Positions 41,807-55,417 of a DNA stretch of 64,000 bases are shown here, piece after piece. The stretch covers positions 62,001 through 126,000 of the forward strand of contig JAQGDQ010000470.1 of the NCBI GenBank assembly GCA_030141605.1, read 5' to 3'. Position numbers and translations under genes: made by a program. Within the stretch, counting starts at the first letter, position 1. Each line of letters starts with the position of its first letter. The DNA comes from Tubiluchus corallicola (lineage: Eukaryota > Animalia > Priapulida). Below the pieces are notes generated by a model. It was not told the origin of the DNA, did no database searches, and worked only from the letters and a program-made list of their open reading frames with translations.

Positions 41807-43042
41807 ATGGAAGAGACAGTTGTCACCCACAGAAACGAAAACGATGATCATTCCCACGTCTCTGTTATCACCACAGAACCGGTTGCCACCCACAGAAACG
41901 AAAACGATGATCATTCCCACGTCTCTGTTATCACCACAGAACCGGTTGTCACTCAGAGAAATGAAAACGATGATCATTCCCACGTCTCTGTTATCACTAC
42001 AGAACCGGTTGTCACCCACAGAAACGCAAACAATGATCATTCCCACGTCTCTGTTATCACCACAGAACCTCCACTAGTTGAATCAATTCCATTGGATCAA
42101 AGATTTCATTCAAATTACACGGCTGTCCGCAAGCTTAGCATCGGTCAAATAGTACTTGGTAGTGCTATTATAATATGTGGCATTTGTATAGTGATCGTTG
42201 ACTTTTTTTATGCGCTGCTTTTTCTGACAATAGTTTATGGTTTTCTTGTTCTTATTTCTGGACTACTTGGAGCCATACTACCAAAACGTGTACATTTACA
42301 GTTAGACAGAAAGATAATCGTCATTGGAATGATCGTTCTCTCCATTTTTTGTTTGCTTGCGAGCATCCACTTGCTATTGACTTGCATCCTGGGATTGACA
42401 GTCCAAAACCCAGTTTTGGTTGCTCTCTACGCCGTACAGCTTCTTTTAGCACTTTGTGAAGGAATTTCTGCTGCTTTCATTATAATACTGTGCAGCCGAA
42501 TCATGTATAAATATTTTGGTGGTGACAGGGCAGGTAAGAACAGTGTACCAGAAGCACAGGTTAAACATCCTAAAACAATGTTGACCGAAGGACAGTTATA
42601 CTCACAACAGCAGCATCTACAAGTGCAAACCTGTCCCCATCAATTATCTCCTCAGTCATGTGTTGGCCAGCCAGCACAACCATATCTTCACCAGCAATAT
42701 CTCGACGCACAGTGTTGTCAACAAACACAACCATGTCTTCACCAACAATGTCCTCATATACACTGTAGCCAGCAAACGCTATTATATCCTCATCTGCAAT
42801 GTGGTCAGCCACGGTGTTGTCAACAAGCACAACCTTATTCTCGCCATCATTGTCCTCATGCATGGTGTGGTCCTCAATCACATTATGGTCATCAATCACA
42901 GCCATGTCCCCACCAACCACAAAGACAGTGTTGTGCTCAAGAAATGCCATATTCGACTACCCAACGTGAACCAACTGCACCACCGCTTTCGAATGACAAA
43001 ACCACAGATGAAAATTTCTGTGAAATTATAGTAACTGTCTGA
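41807..43042 (+). CDS. Second four-TM MS4A/CD20-like protein, paralog of 34821-35660, with four N-terminal 20-aa repeats and a C/H/Q/P-rich tail
   Basis: PLDQRF..AVRKLSIGQIVLG aligns with PVDQRY..TIRRLCIGQIIVG, and LLALCEGI aligns with ILAICEGI. EPTAPP occurs near the C-terminus. A splice acceptor lies at 41759. Confidence 0.8.
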   Translation: MEETVVTHRNENDDHSHVSVITTEPVATHRNENDDHSHVSVITTEPVVTQRNENDDHSHVSVITTEPVVTHRNANNDHSHVSVITTEPPLVESIPLDQRFHSNYTAVRKLSIGQIVLGSAIIICGICIVIVDFFYALLFLTIVYGFLVLISGLLGAILPKRVHLQLDRKIIVIGMIVLSIFCLLASIHLLLTCILGLTVQNPVLVALYAVQLLLALCEGISAAFIIILCSRIMYKYFGGDRAGKNSVPEAQVKHPKTMLTEGQLYSQQQHLQVQTCPHQLSPQSCVGQPAQPYLHQQYLDAQCCQQTQPCLHQQCPHIHCSQQTLLYPHLQCGQPRCCQQAQPYSRHHCPHAWCGPQSHYGHQSQPCPHQPQRQCCAQEMPYSTTQREPTAPPLSNDKTTDENFCEIIVTV

Positions 43043-43086
43043 TTGATAAGTGCTGCAAAAGAAAATATTTTTACTGATCAGGTCAA

Positions 43087-43400
43087 AACAATGATCATTC
43101 CCACGTCTCTGTTATCACCACAGAACTGGTTGTCACTCACAGAAACGAAAACGATGATCATTCCCACGTCTCTGTTATCACTACAGAACCGGTTGTCACT
43201 CACAGAAACGAAAACGATGATCATTCCCACGTCTCTGTTATCACTACAGAACCGGTTGTCACCCACAGAAACGAAAACGGTGATGATTCCCACATCTCTG
43301 TTATCACCACAGAACCTCAACTAGTTGAATCAATTCCATTGGAGTAACTGTCTGATTGCTAAGTGGTGCACAAGACAATATTCTTACTGATCAGGTCAAA
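43087..43400 (+). pseudogene. Internally deleted tandem duplicate of the preceding gene (60-bp repeat block fused to a stop-codon/3' UTR segment)
   Basis: 43087-43343 copies the N-terminal repeat block through ctagttgaatcaattccattgga. 43344-43400 copies 43031-43088. Confidence 0.75.
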
Positions 43401-43732
43401 ATGAATGTCACGGTGAAATTGAGTATAGATGTTAAAAGATTGAAAACTATCCAGCTTCCAGTGTAACCTCAATCAACTGCATTAAAAAGGCTTTGATGCA
43501 GATTATATGAAAATATAATTACATTACTAACTTGTAGGATGCTAAATTTGTAGTAAATACTAGCTGTAAAGAATAAAAAATTAATTGGAATTCGTAGTGT
43601 AGCATATTATAACTTGTATTTGGATAATTACTAGTATGGCAAGGAGGCTTGGAAGTCGAAAAATGAGCCTAGACACACTACATTCTCTGACTTAGGTCAT
43701 TGCTATGAAATGAAAGATTTTAAAACGAATGG

Positions 43733-43890
<158 letters not shown>

Positions 43891-44069
43891 GGGTGATCGT
43901 GTGAGTGTATCAGGATGCGTATACTGTTGTTGAAGCTGCATGATTTTCTCTCTGAGCAACATTCCAGGTTGTAATATTAAGCAAATTCATGTGGTATATT
44001 TCTAGTATAAACTTCACATTCGGTAGTACATTGTATCATCAGTGTTACGCTCTAAAATCACTTGAATTA

Positions 44070-45037
44070 CCGTAAAACGGGGTGAGTTCGCCACTTTTTA
44101 GGGGTATTTTTTACGTTTCCTGCCATAGCAAGAGAATTACCCAACCGATTTTCTTAGTTCAAACTTTATATTGCCTTTCAAATGAAACACTATCGTGGGG
44201 TGAATTCGCCACTAACAATTTAACACTGTTTAATGCCATTCTAGGCAGCTGAACTTAACTGGCTGTGATTGGCTGGTTGGGGGTGAGTTCGCCACCCTAT
44301 GAAAAAATTATGAAAAATGTCTAGTTTTAGTTTTCAAATAGAAACTTCTACGTTGGCAAGGAAGGCTTGAACGTCTTGTGCACTGACCTTATCGCGGGCG
44401 CCCTTGATGTTGCCAGCCACTCTGAAAACCAGATTGTTCCTTCGGGCGAATGATTTAACAAAGTCTATTCCAGGGGTGTTTGCCTTGAATCGTCGTTCCT
44501 GGATTCCCTTCGCGTCAAGAACACTCTTAATCAGTAGTCAGAGATCGATGGCAGTCATTGGGAACCCCCACTCAGCGGCCACTTGGAGTGTTGGCGATTT
44601 CGTGCTCCTCGACGGCGGAGAACACTGGCTGACCTCCGGTCTTCCGCGGATGACTTCCTGAGAGTTTGTCAGAAAGGGTCTTTCTTGGAACTCCGAATTG
44701 CCTCGCCGCTGCGCTGATTGTCCTGTTGGTATTCTTGACGGCATGTAGGGCAGCTTCCGGAGCTTCTGGGGTATAATTTTGGTATCTATGACCCGGTACA
44801 GTGGTGCAGGTGCGTGGCATGTTAAGTAGCAAGAAATAGTAGACAAATAATATGTAGCGCAGAATGGAATACTTCTAGTGCTAATTGAAAGAAGATGACT
44901 GTCGCAAACTGTTTATAATGACGGTGATCATGATGTCTGTTCATTAAACACTGAACAATAGTTACAGCAAACCTACAATAGCCATTACGTAAGGGGTGGC
45001 GAACTCACCCTCGGGTGGCGAACTCACCCCGTTTCGG
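44070..45037 (-). mobile_element. Internally deleted pogo-like (Tc1/mariner superfamily) DNA transposon
   Basis: TIRs ccgtaaaacggggtgagttcgccac / gtggcgaactcaccccgtttcgg, with repeated ggggtgagttcgccac motifs. A frameshifted HTH-psq plus CENP-B-like HTH fragment is present (ISAAARQFGVPRKTLSDK...GGQPVFSAVEE...AEWGFPMT). No DDD domain. Confidence 0.85.
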
Positions 45038-45199
45038 TTGTTTATTGTGTTTTTCACCTGTTTTTCTTTCGCAAAAAAACCTTTATAGAAAGCAAAGAAT
45101 GAGATGGACATGCAGTGTAGGATAGTGATTATAGGTGACGACAGTGGGTCACATCGTCCCAAGGTTTCGGTTATTGTTACAAAAGATTTTAGAAACCTC

Positions 45200-45278
45200 G
45201 GCCCTGTTTCACAAAACCGTCACTAGGTTAACGACGTCGTTGTAATCAGTTTAGTGATGGCTTCATGAAACCGGTCCC
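45200..45278. mobile_element. Small palindromic Harbinger-like MITE remnant
   Basis: ggccctgtttcacaaaaccgtcacta ... tagtgatggcttcatgaaaccggtccc form imperfect inverted arms. Confidence 0.45.
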
Positions 45279-47162
45279 TCTTCTTATGGGGGGGGGAGAG
45301 GGAGGAGGTTGTGTGTCATTGTGAGATTCTAATTCTTTGACTCTTTGAGAGTAACAGAGATATTTTAAATATAATAAGATTGATTAGTTTATTACTTTTA
45401 TTATTTTATTTATTATTATCACATTCTGTACAATATAATGACATTAAGCTCACAGTGACATCAAAGTTATTACGTCATACTGTATTAAATTGTTATGTTT
45501 CATACACTATCGTTATCATAAAAGAATAATTGTACTGCAGTGGGCTAGAGAAGCAAAGGCCTGTATAAGCCCACTGTTATGTGAACCTGATAAGAAAAGA
45601 ATGGATGAGTGAACAAAAAAAAGAACTGGGATAACGGTTAGATCACACAGGAAGGGTAGAAGGATGTGTTAGTGGAAATGGTAGGAAGAAAGATAATAGA
45701 TTGTGCTATGTTGACATCAGCTCTAAAGATTTATCAATGATTCCTTGTTTTGCATAATCTGTACCAGGATTGTGATATGACTGCTGCAGTAGGTATAATT
45801 AGTGAAACCTCTGAGTACTGTTCTTGAACAAGCATTGTATTTGCTCTAATTAAGCTTAATTTCTTACTCCTTATTTAATAATGGCATATTCAGCAATCTC
45901 TTAACATCTCTTTCTTTGCTAAAACTGAACTTATTATTTGAACTTTTTATAATAAACAATCTATCCGCCCGTCGTTTTCTCTTTTCTAAAAGCATTTGTA
46001 AAATTTCAACTTCGGGAGGAGATGTGTTCCAGGCTATTGGCGAGTTTCTTACTGTAACATTGGTGTAGGTTTATAATAGCGGTGAAAAATGTATAGGTGA
46101 AAAATAGTGACAACAGCAGCAGTAACGTCAACAATGACAAAGACAACATCAACGACAACAACAACAACAATGACAACAATAAAAACAACAACAACAACTT
46201 TGATCACCGTGATGTTTTTTGTTAAAACTTGTTACACACTTATCCCGTGCTATCAACCCCCCCCCCCCGATGCCAAAAAGTGATAGGTTTGATTTCGAAA
46301 TCGTTTGCAAAATTGTATGGATTTTACTGCGGAATTAGGCCTGTACAAAGTATCAGGCATTTACATAGGCCTAATTGGGTTGTAAAGGCCTAAAAAATTT
46401 TAATAGAAATGTAGCGTTATCATCGTCTACGAAAAGTTTTGTATCAAAGTTAAATGTAGTGATCAAAGTAGTTTATCAAATGTGAAGCACGAGGGCGCTG
46501 TCAAGTCATGATGGTTAATTACGTCATCTATGTAATTGTTCTACAGAAAACGCGTCTTATTAAAGCATAACCAAGAGACTTTGACCTCATTAAATAAAAT
46601 TATCTACAAAACAATACTAAGTAAACGTTCAATAGTTAATTTAATTTAATTTAGTTTATCAATAAAATTTAAATTTATAGCGTAACTACAACATACATTA
46701 CAACAAAATAAAAATTTGTACTAAACTAAAAAATTCAGCGTTGTGGAGACACGGTGAGATAAACTGCTTACATGTATCTTTTATATTTGAAACAGTTCAA
46801 GAAAAAACTAAATTGTAACCATTTATGAAACAATTTAAATTTGCTACTGTCACGAGTGGAGAATCATTCGCAGAATTACGAAGTAAATCTCATATGTAAA
46901 CGATCCGGCTTGAAAAAGTTCTCCAAACTGCTTTTTGTTTGTTATTCGCGCAAAAAAGTTTAAATGAATGGTCACTATTCGTTTTATACGCTCTAAGAAG
47001 TACATCCTTATTACTTGTGTTAAGTATTCTAAAAAGAATATGAGTTATCCTGTTGGCTTTTAAACACGCTTCAGCACAAAGGGCATAGATTTAAAATTTT
47101 GTGAAATGGCAACACCGAAATCACAAACAACATTCGTTGATAAGTTTTCGTTATCCGAGATA

Positions 47163-47673
47163 GTTGTTGGCATCCTTCTGTCTCGGAAGACAATGGAGTG
47201 TGCACCAAGAGAGTCAGTTATTGATCACATTGATGGAGCTGCAGCGTCGACTGTGACTTGACAATCCGATCCTTGAACCACTGGAGTGGCCCAGACAACA
47301 GGAACCCCCTCTCTTCCTTCCTGGTGTAGTCCAAAGGAAAGCGGAGCGATACGTTTGGCACCAGGTTGGCTGCAGGAGCTGCCGGAGTCAGTGAGCATGC
47401 TGCACTGGTCCGCCTTCGGGGCTCCACTCCTGATTTGGAAGGTTTACTCCTCTACACATGGCCGTTGAGTCACTTGACCTTATCCGCCTTCTAGCTGTTG
47501 GCTGCTTGTGCAGCTCCTCTGCCTAGTGTCGAGATACAGTGTGGGCGTCCCGCAAGCCTACAGCACCTGGTATTCTTAGGCGGTCACCCATCCAAGTACT
47601 AACCAGGCTCTACGTTGCTTAACTTCGGTGATCAAACGAGAACCGGTGTTTTCAACGTGATTTGGCCGTAGTT
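47163..47673 (-). mobile_element. 5S rRNA-derived SINE, copy 2 (longest; 5S head 47673-47554)
   Basis: A near-intact 5S sequence continues into a GC-rich body of about 390 bp that ends in ...cattgtcttccgagacagaaggatgccaacaac. Confidence 0.85.
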
Positions 47674-48047
47674 GTAAATATGTACAATATAGATAAATGC
47701 ATGGATCATAGAATCGCAAAATCAGACCTAAATTTACGGAAACAAACTTTATAACAAAAACTAGATACATTCTACCTTGACTATATTAACTTCAAAGGCC
47801 ACTTCGACCCACCGCTGCCTAATGAAATCTCTGTTACTCTGTTTGGGATTACTTTCGTCGTACAAACCAGGTCTAATCTCTACGGGGTGTGCGATTTGTT
47901 TGTACGTGTCTGTGCGGACGCAGTGGAAACGCAGCCTTAGGCTCACAGAACCACATACCAACTATTTACAGATCTATACTTACAATTCTAAGTAAAAAAG
48001 TAAAAAGGTTTGTTTCATAAAACATTTGACATGAATTTAACAATACA

Positions 48048-48184
48048 CAGTGTGGGCATCCAGCAAGCCTACAGCACCTGGTATTCCTAGGCGGTCACCC
48101 ATCCAAGTATTAACCAGGCTCTACGTTGCTTAACTTCGGTGATCAGACGAGAACCGGTGTTTTCAACGTGATATGGCCGTAGAA
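48048..48184 (-). mobile_element. 5S rRNA-derived SINE, copy 3 (5S head 48184-48065 plus about 17 bp of body)
   Basis: The 5S-like sequence is followed by gctggatgcccacactg, matching gcgggacgcccacactg in copy 2. No T-run terminator. Confidence 0.7.
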
Positions 48185-48289
48185 TCTGAGATAAAACAGC
48201 TATTAAAAGTATTATTTTGACCAAAATGAACAGCATTACACCTTGGAATAGCTATATTCAAATCCCACATCTTAGCTCATTCAATAAGA

Positions 48290-48670
48290 CTATACTGTAC
48301 TTGTTGTATATTGCATGACCCATTAATACGATTTGACATCATCAGCACATCTAAAGATTCACAAGACCCTCTTTTTAGGCAATTGATTAATGAAGGGCAA
48401 GAATAAAATGGGACCGAAAATATTTCCTTGACGTACACCAGATGCGACTGCTACATAATCTAAGACTGAATCACCGATAGGAATATGCTGTTTTTCTTTG
48501 TGTCAGAAAACAACGAATCCACTGTGCCAAGGATACCTGTGTAATCTACGGAACTGCTATCTATGACTAACTGTATCAAAGGCTTTTTAAAATCTGTATA
48601 AATAATATCAGTATTTTTCCCCAAGATCTACTGTCAGATTCCAGTCATACAAACATTCTAATAATTGTGT
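48290..48670 (-). mobile_element. Decayed CR1/L2-type LINE reverse transcriptase fragment
   Basis: The minus strand gives DIIYTDF*KAFDTVSH and ASGVRQGNIFGPILFLPFIN, with stops and frameshifts. Confidence 0.7.
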
Positions 48671-49440
<770 letters not shown>

Positions 49441-49513
49441 CAATGTTTCATCCAGGCAGGTTTGAAATTAGGGCCTCTCTTTTTTAAAAATCCGTGCTAT
49501 GTATGTAATATTA

Positions 49514-50036
<523 letters not shown>

Positions 50037-50960
50037 GCCCTCACTTCACCGCTGCTACGAGTGCGACACTACTACAAACATGCGCGGATTTTCTTAGGGT
50101 TACTCTCTTTTTAAAATGTATGCTACGCATATCATTCTCCCTCGCGCATAGTGTGTCTCACTTCTCGCTTTATATATTCATTATGCTGAACTTAAACCAG
50201 GCATATGAGCATTATTGATTAAATATCGAACGTTTCAGCAGGATAACAGGCGAATTGTATTGGATTTTTCTGTTTAGTTTAAACTATTGTTTTACAATTT
50301 TTCCATTTTTTATTTAGCGTTTCAAATAAAGATGTGGACTTGTTGGTATAGTCTGCGCTTCGCTTTATCTGATCAGTAATTTAATAAAAAAAACTCAATC
50401 CACTGTGTGGTTATTGTATTTTGCATGACATTGCGTAGATTCTAACCAACCTTTTAGTGATTACGTAATTATACGTTATTATAAGTGATTTTAAATATTT
50501 AACCTAGCTTTGCTTCTAATTAGTTTTTTATAACATAATGCACTAAATAAATTTAGAATAGAATTAAACAAAGAATAGAAATGAAGTAGTAATTGGTTTT
50601 CGGGTTAGAAGATTTCTTTCATTTAATGGCATTTTCTGCAATAACTCATTCATGTCTAACTAACTGTCTCATCAATTTGTGTGCTGCACTGTCAGTGATG
50701 TCTGCCTGTAGTTGTTTGGATCAGAACTTTCACCTTTCTTAAATATTGGATTTGCATCTGTCAGCTTTCATGCTACAAGGTTCTCACAGATTTTAGCTGA
50801 AATTTGTTTGGCAATGAATAGCCATGCAGCTGAGACAACACGTCTCTGTTGAGAAATTTCTTTGCCGGTATTATACTAATCGACTTTATATTATGCTGCT
50901 TTCATCCATGAAAGTTTAAATTGTTTTGGGTGTTGTGATTATATCCCTGCCTGCACCCAA

Positions 50961-51136
50961 GCTGGAATACGTTTACCTGAGTTTGTACGGCTTCTTCACA
51001 CACCTGTGGTCTTTTCTTCGCTTGGAATACATTTACCTGAGTTTGTACGGCTTCTTCACACACCTGTGGTCTTTTCTTCGCTTGGAATACATTTACCTGA
51101 GTTTGTACGGCTTCTTCACACACCTGTGGTCTTTTA
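50961..51136. repeat. 60-bp tandem repeat, 3 copies
   Basis: Unit cttggaatacatttacctgagtttgtacggcttcttcacacacctgtggtcttttcttcg. Confidence 0.92.
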
Positions 51137-51549
51137 TTCTCACTTCCAGAGACAGTCCATTAGAGCCACTGCGTGCTCATGATATTTCATTATCTAACAC
51201 AAATGCGACGAAAAAACTGCATATTGTGTTTCCTGTTTAATTTATGTAAACAGGGCTTCTTCCTTGCCACTTCTGGCATGGCTTCCTTTCACAAACAACT
51301 CGCGTTTTTGCATGCTATTATGATCAGGTGACAATAACATCTGTCGATATTTTTTTGTTTACTTAGTACAAACATTTGCACAGGCATACGCAACTTACGC
51401 ACGAAACTAAAATGTTAACAGCAAAAGAGGAGCGGCCTTGGCTATTTAAACCTTCACATGGGCAAAAGCTAAGTTGACCCAGTTGGTGGTAAAAGAGCTG
51501 AACACGAATTTTAGTTGCAGGTGTTGGCATTTTATTAGGCCATCTAATC

Positions 51550-52680
51550 ATGCAATTTTCAGTGCATGATGTAACACACTATGCTCTAAATTCATCAAAT
51601 TCAAATGATTCTTTTAATTTCGAAGTCACTGAACCTCCAAGCGGGACTTCTGTCGTACCGCAGATACTAGTACAACATCCTGATGCAGTTGCAGACGCTG
51701 TGCAGTTCTGGGTGTACAGAGCGGCAGTTCTTTTCGTGGTTACGGTGGGCTTCATTGGAAATTCTCTAAACTTGACGGTACTGTGGACCAGCAAGAGAAT
51801 GACAAGTGCATTTTATACGCTGCTGCGATGGTTGTCCGTAACCGACTTTCTGTTCGTCATCAACTTGTTCTCTTACACCCTCATTCGATCAAGATTAGTG
51901 CAGCAGACATACAACGTCATGTGGTTTTACACGCGCGTATCCTACTCCCTGATTAGAGGCTTTATGTGCTGCAGTAATTTCATCGTTGTGACTTTGACCG
52001 TGGACAGATACTTGTCGGTGTGTCATCCAATTAAATTCAAGAACGTATTGACCCACCGACGCGCTAACATGATCGTTATATCGGTGGTCATATGCTCATT
52101 CGTCATCCAAATACCTCACACACTTGAGACCATTGTTGTGCCTTCCTGTTTTGATCCTCTGACGAATATCAGCTCATGTTATGACTGGGATTTTCATCCC
52201 AACAGGAGAAAGATGGTATTTTTCCGGACAATCAACCCGGTGCTTAAGGAACTTCTGACACGCTTCCTTCCCATCATAAGCGTCATGCTTCTCAACCCAC
52301 TGATACTGCTGGGACACTTCCGAATGGTGAAGAAACGAGAAGAGCTGAAAGGAACGAGAAGGTCACCTGACAGACGGCAATCACGGGAGGAGAAGCGACT
52401 CTTCGTGTTGTTGATGACAACATCCATAGTTTTCGTCACGTGTACGTTACCTGGGGCGTTTGTGACCGTGCTGATTCGCGCATTTCCAAAATGGTACTCA
52501 GGACACGATGAGTTTTATGTTTTTGTTCACTCAGCGTTTGTAGTAGACGCCTGCAACTTCGCCTTTAATTTCTATGCGTATAGCGTTTCCAGTTCTGACT
52601 TTCGCAAGTGCTTCTGTGAAGTGTTCCACCTTGCACCTGGAGGACAAAGAGTAGGGACAATCACAGCATCAGTGACGTAA
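51550..52680 (+). CDS. Intronless rhodopsin-like (class A) GPCR of the FMRFamide/peptide-receptor-like type
   Basis: Seven hydrophobic segments, GFIGNSLN (TM1), LSVTD (TM2), DRYLSVCHP (TM3), CTLP (TM6), NFAFNFYAY (TM7), and N-terminal N-glycosylation sequons. Confidence 0.88.
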   Translation: MQFSVHDVTHYALNSSNSNDSFNFEVTEPPSGTSVVPQILVQHPDAVADAVQFWVYRAAVLFVVTVGFIGNSLNLTVLWTSKRMTSAFYTLLRWLSVTDFLFVINLFSYTLIRSRLVQQTYNVMWFYTRVSYSLIRGFMCCSNFIVVTLTVDRYLSVCHPIKFKNVLTHRRANMIVISVVICSFVIQIPHTLETIVVPSCFDPLTNISSCYDWDFHPNRRKMVFFRTINPVLKELLTRFLPIISVMLLNPLILLGHFRMVKKREELKGTRRSPDRRQSREEKRLFVLLMTTSIVFVTCTLPGAFVTVLIRAFPKWYSGHDEFYVFVHSAFVVDACNFAFNFYAYSVSSSDFRKCFCEVFHLAPGGQRVGTITASVT

Positions 52681-53195
52681 ACCAGCTGTGAAGTGCTCCA
52701 TCTTGCACCTCGAGGACAACGAGTAGGAACAATCACAGCTTCAATAACGTAGACCAGCTGTGAAATGTTCCACCTTGCACCTGGAGGACAAAGAGTAGGG
52801 ACAATCACAGCATCAGTGACGTAAACCAGCTGTGAAGTGCTCCATCTTGCACCTCGAGGACAACGAGTAGGAACAATCACAGCTTCAATAACGTAAACCA
52901 GCTGTGAAGTGTTCCACCTTGCACCTCGAGGACAAAGAGTAGGAACAATCAGAGCTTCAATAACGTAAACCAGCTGTGAAGTGTTCCACCTTGCACCTCG
53001 AGGACAAAGAGTAGGAACAATCAGAGCTTCAATAACGTAAACCAGCTGTGAAGTGTTCCACCTTGCACCTCGAGGACAAAGAGTAGGAACAATTGGAGCT
53101 TCAATAACGTAAACCAGCTGTGAAGTGTTCCATTTTGCACCTCGAGGACAAAGAGTAGGGACAATCACAGCTTCAATGACATAAACCAGCTGTGA
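52614..53195. repeat. 72-bp tandem repeat, 8 copies; the unit contains the last 21 GPCR codons and the stop codon
   Basis: Unit ctgtgaagtgttccaccttgcacctcgaggacaaagagtaggaacaatcacagcttcaataacgtaaaccag, with ctgtga microhomology at both ends of the array. Confidence 0.95.
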
Positions 53196-54572
53196 TAAAT
53201 AAACAGCAAAGAGCTGCTATAGAGGGGAGGGACCACATTCAGAGTGGCGACTTGTAAAATCAAGGTACCCTTAGTATCTCTCAAGAGTCCATTTTGGGGC
53301 AATTATTTGTATTAGTCTTCAACGTAGTAATAGATAATCGACGAAGTAAAATTCACTTTCATACGGATGATGCAATTCCATCGCATTAAACTAAAAAAAA
53401 TGCAGCTAAAAGTATTTTTGCAGTAAATAATGATCTTGCAAATATTAATGTTACAAATAAGTGTGTCACGTTGAGTGTTAGTAAAACAAAAATTATAACT
53501 TTTTTAGCGAAAAACCTCCTTCTTTATATAGGAGTTATAAAATTTGGCGAAGATGCTGTTGAAGAGGTTTGCATTCATAAACCATTAACCACTTACAGAC
53601 ATAGTGCTTTACTCTAAACTTAACTAAGCCCAACAGTGTTGAGAGCATACCTGGCAAACTCTACAACAAGTAACCATCACTTTAGTAAAGACAGAATACA
53701 TGAAATTAATACTATGCTCATTCATTAACGAAATTATATGTCAAAATGGTTTCCTAAATGAACTAGTCTCCACAATGTTTGTGAAATTTGTAAATAATAC
53801 TATCACTCTTCTTTGGATAGTACTGAGATTGATTTGTTGAAATTATGTAACAATGATCTATCATTTGACTTAGCTCAAGATTTCATAAAATCATCTGAGC
53901 GTTATAAATAGAAAGAAATTGCTGCTGCAGTCTGGCTGATCGTTTATGGAGGAGAATCTGGATATCGTGTCGCCCGAAATTTTTGTAGATTAATGCGCTC
54001 TCTAACATTCATTGTTCTGCTGTAAAAAAACATTAAATTGCATTGTCATACTGTACCTTGTTATTACATTGTAATGGTTCGATGGTATGTATCATGTATG
54101 TTGCATTATCATTAATGATTAATGATCATTATTATTTATTAATGATCATCAACTTCAAACTTTTTTAGATTGTTAGAGTTAGCAGGAAGACCTTTAATCA
54201 CAATAATGCACATTATGTAGGCACAATGGAAAAAGTTTGTATTAATGTTCACTATTATTGTCAGTCCACTTTAAATAAATAAAGGTTATAAACCACTTTC
54301 ATTAAATTAAGTGCTTCTATGTTCACGTGAAGAAGTGATGGTAACAGCCCTGTCAACAACATTCTGTTAAAATAATAAACAGTGCGTTACAGTGTTTATA
54401 GCTTTAGGTTTGTTAATAAAAGTATGTTGTTGCCAATGTGATCTCATGCGTGTTATTGATTTTTATTCAGTTGTTATTAAATATCTATGAATAAATTGGA
54501 GTTACATTAGATCTCTTTTGCAAATCATGTAACGTTGCGTTTCTAAAAATAAATTAACATACTACCCTTTCA

Positions 54573-54957
<385 letters not shown>

Positions 54958-55417
54958 TTTTGTCTCTTCATATCTTAGTATATTTATTTCTTCTTTTTTA
55001 TTTTATATATATATCTTTTTCTCTCTTATCTTTCCTCTCTCCTCTTCCTGCGCCTTTCATTCCTCTGTCTCTCACTTGCTCTTAAATATTCTCTTCCTAT
55101 CTAAGTGATTGTTTTACACTTCATTTCTCAGCTCCACCTATTCCGAAGCGGTAAGCAATCATTTTTGCTTCTCGGTCTTCTCGGCAGCTATAATAGATCA
55201 ATGTCTTTTGTCGCAGAACTTAGTTGGCAAGGAATTATTACGTTGGACAACCTCTAATTTGTTGATTTTACAGACGCTGCAGAAACACTAAGAAAAACAA
55301 ACGATGTGCGATATTAGGAAGCTAGAAATAACACACTCGGACGAGGAGTGACATATTAATTCCTACTTCCGGGACGCTTCTATACTTTTTTCCATAACTG
55401 CGAACGGCAACAGCAAA

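Noticed and set aside
41772-42077. Alternative-frame ORF (TETKTMIIPTSLLSPQNRL repeats), also at 43043-43324
   Set aside because: It is a shifted reading of the 60-bp repeat. The 41807 frame is the one continuous with the TM domain and aligned with the paralog's start.
52572-53168. 198-aa antisense ORF overlapping the GPCR end
   Set aside because: It follows from a stop-free 72-bp unit on the minus strand, and there is no independent evidence of coding.
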